A DNA stretch of 64,000 nucleotides from Minisyncoccota bacterium (lineage in GTDB: Bacteria > Patescibacteriota > Minisyncoccia > Phycocordibacterales > WO2-35-19): NCBI GenBank assembly GCA_041664625.1, contig JBAYKK010000003.1, forward strand, positions 4,331 to 68,330. Reading direction: 5' to 3'. Each line of letters starts with the position of its first letter. Position 1 is the first letter of the stretch. Below, in pieces: positions 19,173 to 28,941 of the stretch. The notes under the pieces were generated by a model. It was not told the DNA's origin. It saw only the letters and a list, made by a program, of their open reading frames with translations, and did not search any database. Made by a program: the position numbers and the translations under genes.

Positions 19173-19667
19173 CTATGTATACTCTGGTTTTATTTTGTGG
19201 TTTTTGAGGTATAAGGTCCTAAAGTAAGTTGGTATGTATGGAAAATAACGAGAAAATTGTTTAGTTGGCAAAAATTGAATAGATTTGATTATTTTTCGGC
19301 AATTTTTTTCTCCACAAGCGCATTTCATGGACCATAATTGATCAGCTTCTATTATAGAATAATCAGTGGTTGTCTCGTCACCTTTTTTGATATCTTTTAG
19401 AGCAACAACTTCGACTTTTCCTTTTATACCGCAATTTGGATTGCAAGAATGATTTAAATATTTATAGGGTGGGATAGGGTCAACCCAATTATTCATCTTG
19501 AAACCAACCCAGTCAGGATGTGATAGTGCGTCTTTTTTGCCGTTGTTTACCTTAAACATTCTAGGGCCTTTTATTATAAAAACAATCTCTCCTTTCGCTA
19601 TATCTCTAGTTGCAAATATTCCTTTGCCATGAATTCCGCTTTTACTAACCGTTACTTTAGTCGACAT
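19173..19667 (-). CDS. SET-domain protein methyltransferase with post-SET
   Basis: GKGIFATRDI.KGE, YLNHSCNPN, KGDETTTDY, CACGEKNCR. Confidence 0.92.
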   Translation of the reverse strand: MSTKVTVSKSGIHGKGIFATRDIAKGEIVFIIKGPRMFKVNNGKKDALSHPDWVGFKMNNWVDPIPPYKYLNHSCNPNCGIKGKVEVVALKDIKKGDETTTDYSIIEADQLWSMKCACGEKNCRKIIKSIQFLPTKQFSRYFPYIPTYFRTLYLKNHKIKPEYT

Positions 19668-19671
19668 AAAT

Positions 19672-20250
19672 TTATTTTTTTATATTAATTTTTCTAAATA
19701 AAAGTCCTGTTATTACCCCGTCTATTAGGAATGTGTAGACTGGGTATATTATAACACCAAATATAATCTTGTCAATCGCAAACAAATTAAACAAATTACC
19801 GGTCTGGGTGAGTGACCAAGCGAAACGGTCCTCTTCTTCTGGGGTGGTCCATGATTTTTTTATTGTAGGTATGGCCGCAAAAAAATCTATAGCCAAATTA
19901 GCGACCAGAGCTACCACTGGTGAGCCAAAAACCCACCAAAGAACCAGGCTGAATAAAGCTCCTACGAAGGCAATGATGTCTATTTTTTCAGTTCCACCCA
20001 CGCCGTATTTTATGGCAAGCAAGGCGATGATCGTAGGTGCGATCGCTTCACTAACCGCTACCCAAATAGTATCTTCGGCACCGGAAGCTCGGTAGCTTAT
20101 AGCCAAGATGATGCCGATTATGGCCCAAATGAACCAAGTGGCTCGGCTGGGTTTGGTTTTGCCTTTGAGTATTGCGACTATATAAAATAAATAAGCAGAG
20201 AAAGAAAGTATCCCGGCCATTATTCCAAAAATTCCAGTAAAGCCAAACAT
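19672..20250 (-). CDS. Multi-pass membrane protein (PQ-loop/SWEET-like, CPR family)
   Basis: About 7 hydrophobic segments; TKP..ATW.IW and PTIKKSW..PEEE half-repeats. Confidence 0.7.
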   Translation of the reverse strand: MFGFTGIFGIMAGILSFSAYLFYIVAILKGKTKPSRATWFIWAIIGIILAISYRASGAEDTIWVAVSEAIAPTIIALLAIKYGVGGTEKIDIIAFVGALFSLVLWWVFGSPVVALVANLAIDFFAAIPTIKKSWTTPEEEDRFAWSLTQTGNLFNLFAIDKIIFGVIIYPVYTFLIDGVITGLLFRKINIKK

Positions 20251-20285
20251 GGTGTGATTATACTACAAATTTTGAAATACAAATA

Positions 20286-21362
20286 TTAAATGCCCTCTTC
20301 GCGGAGTTTGGTGATAGCTTCACGAGCAGATTTGGAAAGTTTTTTGGGTAAAGCCACTTTGATATGGATCAAGATGTCACCTCGGCTTCGGTTTTGATCA
20401 GGCACCCCTTTACCCTTAATCTGTAAAATATCGCCAGTATTTATACCTTCTGGAATATTGAGAGTAGAAAGTCCGTCCAAAGTTTGGATGTCTATTTTGG
20501 CCCCCAGTAAAGCGTCTGACAATTTAACGTCTAATTTCATTATCAAATTGTTACCTTCTTTGCTGAAAGTTTTGTGTTTTTTGACATGGGTTTTGATATA
20601 AAGATCGCCCGATGCCCCGCCCTTTACGGCTTCACCTCCACCAGAGAGACGGATCATTTCACCGTTTTCTATGCCGGCGGGGATTTTTATTTTTATTTCC
20701 TCTTCTTTTTTGAGGACTCCTAAGCCATCACAAAAATTGCATTTTTCTTTGGGTATTTTGCCAGTGCCTGCACAAGTTTCGCAAGTTTTGGAAACTTCAA
20801 TGGAACCAAAAATAGTCCTTTTCATTTCTCTGATCTTGCCTTTGCCGTTGCAGGTTTGGCAGTTTATGTTTTCAGTCCCTTTTTTGCCACCAGTGCCATT
20901 ACAAACTTGGCAAACTGATATTTTGTTTAAAAGAATATTTCGATCTACTCCGAAAACTGCCTCTTCAAAATTAAGCTCTATGTCGATGGATATGTCGCGA
21001 CCCCTTTTGGCTTTACTTCCACGGTTACCGCCAAAGAATTCACCAAAAATATCTCCCAAATCAAAACCTTCGGCTCCAAAATCAAAACCGTTTTGACCGG
21101 CAAAATCTTGCCAATTACCTTGAAAACCATTGAATCCTTGACCAGGGTTTGCTCCAGCAAAATTTTGACCATACATATCGTACTGAGCTCTTTTTTGATC
21201 GTCAGAAAGTACGCTATAAGCCTCGCTAGCTTCTTTGAATTTTTCAGCGTTTCCGCCTTTTTTGTCTGGGTGGTATTTGTGAGCTAACGCTCTAAAAGCC
21301 TTCTTTATATCGTCTTTTGAGGCTTTTTTGTCTATACCAAGTATGTCGTAGTAGTTTTTCAT
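20286..21362 (-). CDS. dnaJ: Chaperone DnaJ
   Basis: J domain HPD, G/F region, four CxxCxGxG repeats. Confidence 0.97.
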   Translation of the reverse strand: MKNYYDILGIDKKASKDDIKKAFRALAHKYHPDKKGGNAEKFKEASEAYSVLSDDQKRAQYDMYGQNFAGANPGQGFNGFQGNWQDFAGQNGFDFGAEGFDLGDIFGEFFGGNRGSKAKRGRDISIDIELNFEEAVFGVDRNILLNKISVCQVCNGTGGKKGTENINCQTCNGKGKIREMKRTIFGSIEVSKTCETCAGTGKIPKEKCNFCDGLGVLKKEEEIKIKIPAGIENGEMIRLSGGGEAVKGGASGDLYIKTHVKKHKTFSKEGNNLIMKLDVKLSDALLGAKIDIQTLDGLSTLNIPEGINTGDILQIKGKGVPDQNRSRGDILIHIKVALPKKLSKSAREAITKLREEGI

Positions 21363-21442
21363 GGCGTGATACCAATATACGAATTCATTCAAATGATGCG
21401 AATGACTACGAATATTGAATTTAACTCAATTATATCAGAAAT

Positions 21443-23338
21443 TTAGCTCTTTGTCTCGCCTGTATTTTCTCCAGAATTTTCTTCTTTTGGTTCTTCTGGT
21501 TTCTTTTTCTCACTACTTGATGCTGACTGCTGGCTACTATTCTTCTGCATATACTCCCCTATTTTTTGAATTTCTTTGGAAAGGTTTTCGGTTGCGGTTT
21601 TTATTGCACTCATGTCGTCTTTATCTTTTACTTCTTTTAGTTCTTTCACTTTTTCTTCTACCCCTTTTTTGATTTCGTCTGAGATTTTACCTTCTGCATC
21701 TTTTAGGGCTTTTTCGGTAGTGTAAATGATTTGCTCGGCTAGGTTTTTGGTCTCCAATAATTCTTTTTTCTTGGCGTCGTCGCTAGCGTGAGTTTCAGCG
21801 TCTTTTTGCATTTTTTCAATTTCTTCTTTTGAAAGACCACTTGAACCTTCTATCTTGATAGATTGTTCTTTGCCCGATGATTTATCTTTGGCTTTGACAC
21901 TCAAAATACCGTTGGCGTCTATGTCAAAAGTAACTTCAATCTGAGGTACTCCTCTTGATGCTGGAGGGATGCCGTCCAAAATAAACCGACCGAGAGTGCG
22001 GTTGTCTGTTACCAATGCTCTTTCGCCTTGAACTACATGTATCTCTACACTAGTCTGATTATCAGCGGCAGTTGAAAAGGTCTGAGATTTGGAAGATGGG
22101 ATCGTGGTGTTGCGATCAATGAGTTTGGTGGCTACTCCACCCATAGTTTCTATACCAAGAGAAAGTGGTATGACATCCAAAAGCAAAATATCTTTGACAT
22201 CGCCACCGATGATACCGCCCTGGATGGCCGCACCGAGAGCCACCACTTCGTCTGGGTTGATACTCTTATTTGGTTCTTTGCCAAAAAACTTTTTGACTTC
22301 TTCGATTATTTTTGGCATACGAGTTTGGCCACCGACCAATACGATTTCTTCTATCTCATTAACTTTGAAAGGTGAAGATTCTATGGCACGTTTGGTGATC
22401 TCCATCGCTCTTTGGATGAATTCATCAGAGAGTTCTTCCAATTTGGCGCGGTTCATTTTGATAAGTAAATGGCGAGGGCCAGAAGAGTCAGAAGTGATGA
22501 AAGGGATGTTTACTTCAGTGTCGGTAGCTGTAGAGAGCTCAATCTTGGCTTTTTCAGCGGCTTCATCCAATCTTTGTAATGCCAATGAATCTTTGGTGAT
22601 ATCTATACCCGATTCTTTTTTAAATTCGTTAGCCAACCAATGTATAATCTTTTGATCAATGTCTTTACCGCCCAAGTGTGAATCTCCATCAGTAGCTTTG
22701 ACTTCAACTACGTCATCCCCTACTTCCAAAATAGAGATATCAAAAGTTCCGCCTCCAAAATCGAAGACCGCTATTTGTTCGTTTTTCTTTTTGTTGAATC
22801 CATAAGCGAGAGCGGCGGCTGTCGGTTCGTTTATGATTCTCAAAACATCCAAACCAGCGATTTGACCAGCGTCTTTGGTGGCTTTCCTTTGGGCGTCGTT
22901 GAAATAAGCTGGGACGGTGATGATGGCTTGAGTCACTTTTTCGCCCAATTTGGCTTCAGCGTCAGCTTTGAGTTTAGAAAGTATCATAGCCGATATTTCT
23001 TCTGGTCGGTAAATATGATCGTTCATTTTGACTTGGACACTGCCAGTCGAGGATGCTGAAATTTCAAAAGGCACTGTGTCTTTATCTTTTTGGACTGCTT
23101 CTTCTTTGAAATCGTGACCGATAAATCTTTTGATACCAAAAACTGTGTTGGTTGGGTTGGTGACGGCTTGTCTCCTTGCCAAAAGTCCCACTAGTCTTTC
23201 GCCGGTTTTTGAAATAGCTACGATAGAAGGTGTGGTCCTTGCCCCCTCGATGTTTTCGATTATTTTAGGGTTTCCACTCTCCATGACAGCGACAGCGCAG
23301 TTGGTAGTTCCTAAATCTATTCCTATGATTTTTGACAT
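21443..23338 (-). CDS. dnaK: Chaperone DnaK
   Basis: [34 protein letters not shown]. Confidence 0.98.
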   Translation of the reverse strand: MSKIIGIDLGTTNCAVAVMESGNPKIIENIEGARTTPSIVAISKTGERLVGLLARRQAVTNPTNTVFGIKRFIGHDFKEEAVQKDKDTVPFEISASSTGSVQVKMNDHIYRPEEISAMILSKLKADAEAKLGEKVTQAIITVPAYFNDAQRKATKDAGQIAGLDVLRIINEPTAAALAYGFNKKKNEQIAVFDFGGGTFDISILEVGDDVVEVKATDGDSHLGGKDIDQKIIHWLANEFKKESGIDITKDSLALQRLDEAAEKAKIELSTATDTEVNIPFITSDSSGPRHLLIKMNRAKLEELSDEFIQRAMEITKRAIESSPFKVNEIEEIVLVGGQTRMPKIIEEVKKFFGKEPNKSINPDEVVALGAAIQGGIIGGDVKDILLLDVIPLSLGIETMGGVATKLIDRNTTIPSSKSQTFSTAADNQTSVEIHVVQGERALVTDNRTLGRFILDGIPPASRGVPQIEVTFDIDANGILSVKAKDKSSGKEQSIKIEGSSGLSKEEIEKMQKDAETHASDDAKKKELLETKNLAEQIIYTTEKALKDAEGKISDEIKKGVEEKVKELKEVKDKDDMSAIKTATENLSKEIQKIGEYMQKNSSQQSASSSEKKKPEEPKEENSGENTGETKS

Positions 23339-23434
23339 AAGTTTGAAAGTTAAATAATAAAAGTTTTAATTTCGCGTCCCCAATTATACATCCGCTCCTC
23401 TCTTTTGTGCACTTGACAAAAATAGTTTTAGCTT

Positions 23435-24013
23435 TTATTTGTCAGACTTACCTACTTTGACTTTAGGTGCTCTGATTATTTTGTTTTGCAATTTGTAGCC
23501 GACACTTAGGACTTCAACTATTTTACCGTCTTCTTTTTCATTTTCAATTGCTACATTTTCTATAGCATCATCACGATTAGGATCAAACGCTTCACCAAGT
23601 GGGTTTATGACTGAAACTCCATGGTTAGCTAAGACGTTTATAAGTTGGGCATGGATGTACTCTACTCCTTTGCGCCAATTTGCATCAACTTTCTCCCAAG
23701 CTTCTTTGTTTTTGAAAGCCGAATCAAATGAATCTAATACGGTTATGATCTCGGTAGCGATGTCTTCTTTGGCGAATTTGGCAAAATCCTTTTTTTCTTC
23801 TTCCAATCTTTTCCTCAAATTTACCCCGTCGGCTCTCTCTTTTTGCCAACCTGTCAAATATTCCTGATTTTTTTCTGTCAATTCTTTTATTTTTGCTCGT
23901 AGTTTTTTGACCAATCCGGCTTGATTGGTTTGCCCTTCTTCATCTATCTCTTCATCAAAAGAGACTTCATCAGTCTCTTCTAATTCCTCATTTTTGTTTT
24001 CGTCCTCGTTCAT
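23435..24013 (-). CDS. grpE: Nucleotide exchange factor GrpE
   Basis: RAD..NLRKR, GEAFDPN, GYKL..KIIRAPKV; upstream of dnaK. Confidence 0.95.
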   Translation of the reverse strand: MNEDENKNEELEETDEVSFDEEIDEEGQTNQAGLVKKLRAKIKELTEKNQEYLTGWQKERADGVNLRKRLEEEKKDFAKFAKEDIATEIITVLDSFDSAFKNKEAWEKVDANWRKGVEYIHAQLINVLANHGVSVINPLGEAFDPNRDDAIENVAIENEKEDGKIVEVLSVGYKLQNKIIRAPKVKVGKSDK

Positions 24014-24093
24014 AGGGCTCATTATAGTGATTTTTGAGGAAAAATCAATAATTTAATAAAAGAAAAGGGCGAAGGAAAATCCATCGCACCTTT

Positions 24094-24786
24094 TTATAAA
24101 TAGATCTTATCGAGGACGCCTTCGTGGTTTTTTTCGATCCAGAAAGGCAGATCATCGATGGACCGCAGTATGTTGCCGAGCTTTATGGGGTATTGATTCA
24201 CATGCTCGATCATATACGGACCAGTCTGGACCACTAGTGTCTCCAATCCGGCCGCGTGACCGGCTTGAGTGTCACTCGGAGTATCTCCAACGAAAATACA
24301 ATTTTCCTTGGCGATCCCCAACTCCTCGAGGCGCTCTAGAGCATACCTGAAAACTCTTGGGTCCGGTTTGTGGTGCGGGCAATCCTCTTTGGCCGTTATC
24401 ACTTCGAACTTGTTTAACAGGTCGATCTCGTCTAGAAGCTCGGTGAGCCACTTTTTGTGTCTTGAAGTGATGAGAGCCAGCTTAAACTTGTTATGTCTAA
24501 GCCACAGCAATACTTCACGAGCACCCGGTATGAGTTGCGGCCTTTGAGAAGTGTCTAGGGTTTCCCATACTCGATTCATTTCTTTTGCCAGCGATTGATT
24601 CACTCCCAAACAATGCGTTAGAAGTTCAATGGCTGGCATGCCCCAAGCGTTGGTAAGTTTGGTGCGAGTTTCTCGACCGTACGGTACCTCATGCATGGCG
24701 CAGAGTATGTGTATTTTTTGAAGACCGCTCCGGAATGTATCCAGGAGGACTCCATCGAGATCACACAGAACCGCTTTAACTATCAC
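24094..24786 (-). CDS. HAD family hydrolase/phosphatase
   Basis: DLDGVLLD, ITS, KPDP, FVGDT. Confidence 0.9.
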   Translation of the reverse strand: MIVKAVLCDLDGVLLDTFRSGLQKIHILCAMHEVPYGRETRTKLTNAWGMPAIELLTHCLGVNQSLAKEMNRVWETLDTSQRPQLIPGAREVLLWLRHNKFKLALITSRHKKWLTELLDEIDLLNKFEVITAKEDCPHHKPDPRVFRYALERLEELGIAKENCIFVGDTPSDTQAGHAAGLETLVVQTGPYMIEHVNQYPIKLGNILRSIDDLPFWIEKNHEGVLDKIYL

Positions 24787-24895
24787 AAGCCCTCCTTTCT
24801 AGGATTTTCGGTCTGCCACATTTATACACCAAACAAAACCCTTTGTAAAGCTTTACAAAAGATTTTGTTAATTGTGTAAATTTAATGAGAAATCC

Positions 24896-25330
24896 CTACC
24901 TCTTGCTCCATTGTGGAGATTTGCGGGCTTTTTTGAGGCCGAATTTACGTCTTTCTTTGGAGCGAGGGTCGCGCTTCAAGAAGCCGGCGGTTTTCATTTT
25001 GGTTTTGGTGGAATCATCGTATTTAACCAAAGTTCTGGCTATGCCATGACGGACAGCTTCTGCCTGAGAATGTATGCCGCCCCCTTTGACGTGTATAGTA
25101 ATTTCAAAAGTGCCCTCTTTCAATTTGGCAGTGGCTTCTTCTACGATCTTGCGAAGTTCTGCGGTTGGGAAATATGAGGCCAAATCTCGGCCATTTACTT
25201 TGAAACTATTTTTGGAAGCCGGAGTGATGCGTACTCTAGCTGATGCAGTTTTTCTTCGGCCGACGGCTTCGGTGTATCTCCCATCATTTTTTTCGGTTTT
25301 TTCTTTTGTGACTGGCATTTTAGTTTCCAT
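24896..25330 (-). CDS. rpsI: 30S ribosomal protein S9
   Basis: GRRKTASARV, GGG..SQAEA, KKARKSPQWSKR. Confidence 0.97.
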   Translation of the reverse strand: METKMPVTKEKTEKNDGRYTEAVGRRKTASARVRITPASKNSFKVNGRDLASYFPTAELRKIVEEATAKLKEGTFEITIHVKGGGIHSQAEAVRHGIARTLVKYDDSTKTKMKTAGFLKRDPRSKERRKFGLKKARKSPQWSKR

Positions 25331-25674
25331 TATTTCGTAATTAATAAATTTTTCATCATTCGGTCTCTTAATTTGTTTTTTGGCAACATACCTTTGATGG
25401 CAATCCTCAAAACCTCTTTCATACCAAAATCTTCTACCACTTTTTTCATGGTTCTTTCTCTCAAACCACCTGGATAGCCAGAATAATTTTTGTAAACTTT
25501 TTCCAACATTTTTTTGTTGCTGGTCTCTATTTTGGAAGAATTTGTTATTTTCAATTTTACTTCTGGGATAGCGTTCCGCACAAAATCAACTCTATTTTTG
25601 CCCATCAAGATAGTTGCCGCTTCCGATGCGAGTCTACCTAATTTTTTACCTTGTGCGTCTATAATGTATTCCAT
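25330..25674 (-). CDS. rplM: 50S ribosomal protein L13 (short)
   Basis: IIDA.G..LGRLAS, SGYPGGL, GMLPKNKL. Confidence 0.96.
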   Translation of the reverse strand: MEYIIDAQGKKLGRLASEAATILMGKNRVDFVRNAIPEVKLKITNSSKIETSNKKMLEKVYKNYSGYPGGLRERTMKKVVEDFGMKEVLRIAIKGMLPKNKLRDRMMKNLLITK

Positions 25675-25679
25675 AAATT

Positions 25680-26030
25680 TTATTTTACAAATTCAATAAT
25701 TGCCATTTTACTGCCGTCTGACATTCTTCTTCCTGATTTTATGATCCTAGTGAATCCGCCTTTTCGGTTTTCGTATTTTTTTGAAAGTGTGTCAACCAAA
25801 ATTTTTGAAGCTTTGGGGCCGATTTTTTCGCTCACTGATCTTCTGGCTGCCACAGTTTGCAACTTGCCTTTGGTTATGAGTTTTTCTATGAAAGGTCTCA
25901 ATTCTTTGGCTTTTGGTTCGGTAGTTTCCATTTTTTCATGCAATACCAAAGATCGAGCTAGAGAATTAATCAAAGCTTTTCTAACTTTAGTCACTCTGCC
26001 AAATTTTCTGTTGTGGTTGTTGTGTCTCAT
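25680..26030 (-). CDS. rplQ: 50S ribosomal protein L17
   Basis: MRH...RKFGR, TT..KAKELR, GGFTRIIK. Confidence 0.97.
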   Translation of the reverse strand: MRHNNHNRKFGRVTKVRKALINSLARSLVLHEKMETTEPKAKELRPFIEKLITKGKLQTVAARRSVSEKIGPKASKILVDTLSKKYENRKGGFTRIIKSGRRMSDGSKMAIIEFVK

Positions 26031-26031
26031 C

Positions 26032-27015
26032 TTACTTCAATGTTATACCATGTTCTCCTAAAACTCTTTTGATTTCGGCTACACCTTTAGCTCCAAGGCC
26101 TTCTACTTCCAAGATGTCTTTTTCTTTCTTTCGGGCCAAACCACCGATGGTTCTGATATTGGCACTTGATAAGGCGTTTAGGGTTCTGGCTGAAAGGTTT
26201 AGGTTTTCGATACGAGTTTTGAGGAATTCTGGGTCTAATTTTTGGTTTTCTTCATTGTTTTCTCCTTGCATTTCTTCATCTGAAATATTTGAGTCTACTG
26301 AGCTCTCTTTTTCTTCAAAACCGGTTATAGCTTTCAATTGGCCGATCATTATGTTGATAGATTTTTCAAGAGATTCTTTTGGGCTCAGGCTGCCATCGGT
26401 TTCTATAAGGATTCTTAGACGATTAAAATCAGTTCGGTCACCAACTCGCATGTTTTCTACTTCGTAACTAACTCTTCTGATTGGGGTGAAATTGGCGTCC
26501 AAAACAATAGTACCAATATCAACTTTGTTTTTACCAAGACTGTCTCGGCTCACGAATCCCAAACCTTTTTCTACTGTCATTTCGATATTTAGATTTGAAT
26601 CTTTATCTGTAAGGGTGGCGATGACTAACTCTGGGTTTATGACTTCTACTTGGCCAGGAGTCTCGATATCTTTTGCGGTTACTGTCTTTACACCTTTGGT
26701 TTTGATAGTCAAAATCTGAGGTTCGTCAGAAAGTATTTTGAGTCTTAATCTTTTGATATTAAGCATTATCATTACTACATCTTCTTTGACTCCTTTGATT
26801 GAAGAAAATTCGTGCTCTACACCGTCAATTTTGACTGAGGTTATAGCTGCTCCAGGCAAGGAAGATAAAATAATGCGACGTAAACTATTGCCTATAGTAA
26901 ATCCGTAGCCAGGATAAAACCCGTCAATTTCATAAACACCTCTGTTGCCTTCTTCGGAGACTATCCTAGGTTTTGAAGGTAATACGATTGTTTTATCAAA
27001 ATTTTCCATTGTCAT
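26032..27015 (-). CDS. rpoA: RNA polymerase alpha subunit
   Basis: GYGFTIGNSLRRIILSSLPG, HEFSSI.GVKED, alpha-CTD LSARTLNAL. Confidence 0.97.
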   Translation of the reverse strand: MTMENFDKTIVLPSKPRIVSEEGNRGVYEIDGFYPGYGFTIGNSLRRIILSSLPGAAITSVKIDGVEHEFSSIKGVKEDVVMIMLNIKRLRLKILSDEPQILTIKTKGVKTVTAKDIETPGQVEVINPELVIATLTDKDSNLNIEMTVEKGLGFVSRDSLGKNKVDIGTIVLDANFTPIRRVSYEVENMRVGDRTDFNRLRILIETDGSLSPKESLEKSINIMIGQLKAITGFEEKESSVDSNISDEEMQGENNEENQKLDPEFLKTRIENLNLSARTLNALSSANIRTIGGLARKKEKDILEVEGLGAKGVAEIKRVLGEHGITLK

Positions 27016-27052
27016 AATATTAAAAGTTAGAATTAAATTTTTTTGTATAAAA

Positions 27053-27661
27053 TTATCTTTGGTAATATTCAATAACTTGACCAAGATCAAACATCAAATC
27101 AGATTTTTCAGCGAAAGAGCTGTTTTTTATGGTAAGCTCTTTGGTTTGGCTGTTCCACGCGATCCATTCTGGTGATTTGGTTTCTATTATTTTATTATCT
27201 AATTCGGTAAACATTTTGCTGTTTTTGCTACCTTCTCTGATTGTGATTTTATCGCCAGCTTTTACATTAAAAGAAGGCACGTAAACTTTTTTGTTGTTTA
27301 CCAAAAAGTGGCCGTGACTGACTGCTTGTCTGGCGTAAAGGTGGGTTGGCAAAATGCCTGCTCTCCAAATAACATTATCAAGACGGTGTTCTAAAGATTT
27401 CAGAAGAGTTGTTTTTGGGGAATCTGTTTTTCTTTCTAGAGCTTGTCTTACATATTTGGCAAATTGTTTTTCAGTAACGCAATAAAACATCCTAGCTTTT
27501 TGTTTTTCATTCAATTGAATACCAAAATCAGTCTTGGGTTTATTAAAAGATTTCTTATTTTTTTTGCGGTCTTCTCGAAGTGCATATTTTTGAGTTTGGG
27601 TTTTTTCAAAAATTGGAGCTTTGAGACGACGTGCTATTTTGTATTTTGAGCCTATTTTCAT
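27053..27661 (-). CDS. rpsD: 30S ribosomal protein S4
   Basis: QLNEKQK, LEHRLDN, ARQAVSHGH. Confidence 0.96.
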   Translation of the reverse strand: MKIGSKYKIARRLKAPIFEKTQTQKYALREDRKKNKKSFNKPKTDFGIQLNEKQKARMFYCVTEKQFAKYVRQALERKTDSPKTTLLKSLEHRLDNVIWRAGILPTHLYARQAVSHGHFLVNNKKVYVPSFNVKAGDKITIREGSKNSKMFTELDNKIIETKSPEWIAWNSQTKELTIKNSSFAEKSDLMFDLGQVIEYYQR

Positions 27662-27673
27662 ATATTTTTAAAA

Positions 27674-28108
27674 TTATACTCTTCTTGGTTTTTTGGGTTT
27701 TGGACCGTTATGTGGTACTGGTGTTGCGTCTTTTATAGAAGTTATGTTTACCCCTTTGGATATAAAACCTCTTATACCCGACTCTCTACCTGAACCTACT
27801 CCTTTGACCACGACTGACACTTCTTTGACTCCCAAGGTCTGGGCTTTGATAGCCAAGGTTTCGCCCACTTTGGCAGCTGCGAATGGAGTACCTTTTTTGG
27901 CGCCCTTGAAACCTAGTTTACCGCTTGATTCAACTGCCATGACGTTACCTTTTTTGTCGGTCAATATTAATTCGGTGTTGTTGTATGTTGAACGAACAAA
28001 AAGTATGCCAGCGTCTAATCTTTTTCTATTAGAAATATTCTCTGTGTTTGTTTTGACACCTTCTGCTTTTGTCTCATCTTCTGTTTTTACAATTCTTTTT
28101 TTACCCAT
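27674..28108 (-). CDS. rpsK: 30S ribosomal protein S11
   Basis: STYNNT, GFKGAKKGTPFAA, TPVPHNG. Confidence 0.97.
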   Translation of the reverse strand: MGKKRIVKTEDETKAEGVKTNTENISNRKRLDAGILFVRSTYNNTELILTDKKGNVMAVESSGKLGFKGAKKGTPFAAAKVGETLAIKAQTLGVKEVSVVVKGVGSGRESGIRGFISKGVNITSIKDATPVPHNGPKPKKPRRV

Positions 28109-28133
28109 TTTTGATATTTAAATATTTAAAATT

Positions 28134-28514
28134 TTATTTCTTTTCTACTGCTCTCCTGCCTGTACCCATAGTCTTCCTGGTGTTACCTCTGCGTGTTCGG
28201 GAATTGGTTTTGGTCCGCTGACCTCTGACCGGTAATGATCTGCTGTGTCTGACTCCTCGATAGCATTTGATATCTTTGAGCCTTTTTATGTTACCAGAAA
28301 CCTCTCTTTTCAAATCCCCCTCGATTTTTAATGCTTCTATGATTTTCTTTATTTCGTTTTCTTTTTCTGGGCTTAAGTTTTCTGCGGTAGTAGCCCAATC
28401 CACTTTGGCTTTATCTAAAATCTTTTGAGCGCGTGATCTACCAACACCAAAAAGGAAAGTCAGCCCGATTTCGAGTCTCTTTTTTTCTGGTATTGTAATG
28501 CCTAAAATTCTCAT
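28134..28514 (-). CDS. rpsM: 30S ribosomal protein S13
   Basis: EGDLKRE, YRGVRH..LPVRGQRTKTNSRT. Confidence 0.97.
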   Translation of the reverse strand: MRILGITIPEKKRLEIGLTFLFGVGRSRAQKILDKAKVDWATTAENLSPEKENEIKKIIEALKIEGDLKREVSGNIKRLKDIKCYRGVRHSRSLPVRGQRTKTNSRTRRGNTRKTMGTGRRAVEKK

Positions 28515-28537
28515 TTTATTATTTTTTATTTATATAT

Positions 28538-28654
28538 TTATCCTTGTCTTTGTTTGTGTTTTGGGTTTCCACTGCAAACCACAAATAAAACGCCTCCTCG
28601 TCGGACCATTTTACATTTTGGGCACATTGTTTTTATTGAAGCTTTTACTTTCAT
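28538..28654 (-). CDS. rpmJ: 50S ribosomal protein L36 (38 aa)
   Basis: Manual translation [38 protein letters not shown]; below the ORF-track cutoff. Confidence 0.96.
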   Translation of the reverse strand: MKVKASIKTMCPKCKMVRRGGVLFVVCSGNPKHKQRQG

Positions 28655-28663
28655 TTTTTCTAT

Positions 28664-28894
28664 TTATATTGTTTTTCTACTATCCAGTCTTCGGATGATT
28701 CGGCCCTTGCCCCCATATGGATCAAGCACTACTTCCACAGAATCACCAATGATGACTTTGATTCTGTTTAATCGCATCTTGCCCGATAAATAGGCCAACA
28801 ACTCTTCATCTTTTAATTTGACACGAAAAAACGCATTCGGAAGCGCTTCCGTTATCAGACCAATTTTTGTTTCCAACCTCTCTTTATCTGTCAT
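28664..28894 (-). CDS. infA: Translation initiation factor IF-1
   Basis: EALPNA.FRV, AYLSGKMR, GDSV, GRIIRR. Confidence 0.96.
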   Translation of the reverse strand: MTDKERLETKIGLITEALPNAFFRVKLKDEELLAYLSGKMRLNRIKVIIGDSVEVVLDPYGGKGRIIRRLDSRKTI

Positions 28895-28941
28895 TTGAAC
28901 AATAGGAAAAGGTTAGCATATAAGCCGTATAAGTGTCAAGT

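Noticed and set aside
22089-22655. 188-aa plus-strand ORF and similar long antisense ORFs (e.g. 4900-5373, 63331-63816)
   Set aside because: Shadow ORFs antisense to well-supported genes (dnaK, the carboxypeptidase, the ABC transporter).
23340-24060. CIRCE/HrcA operator near grpE-dnaK
   Set aside because: No TTAGCACTC-N9-GAGTGCTAA found.
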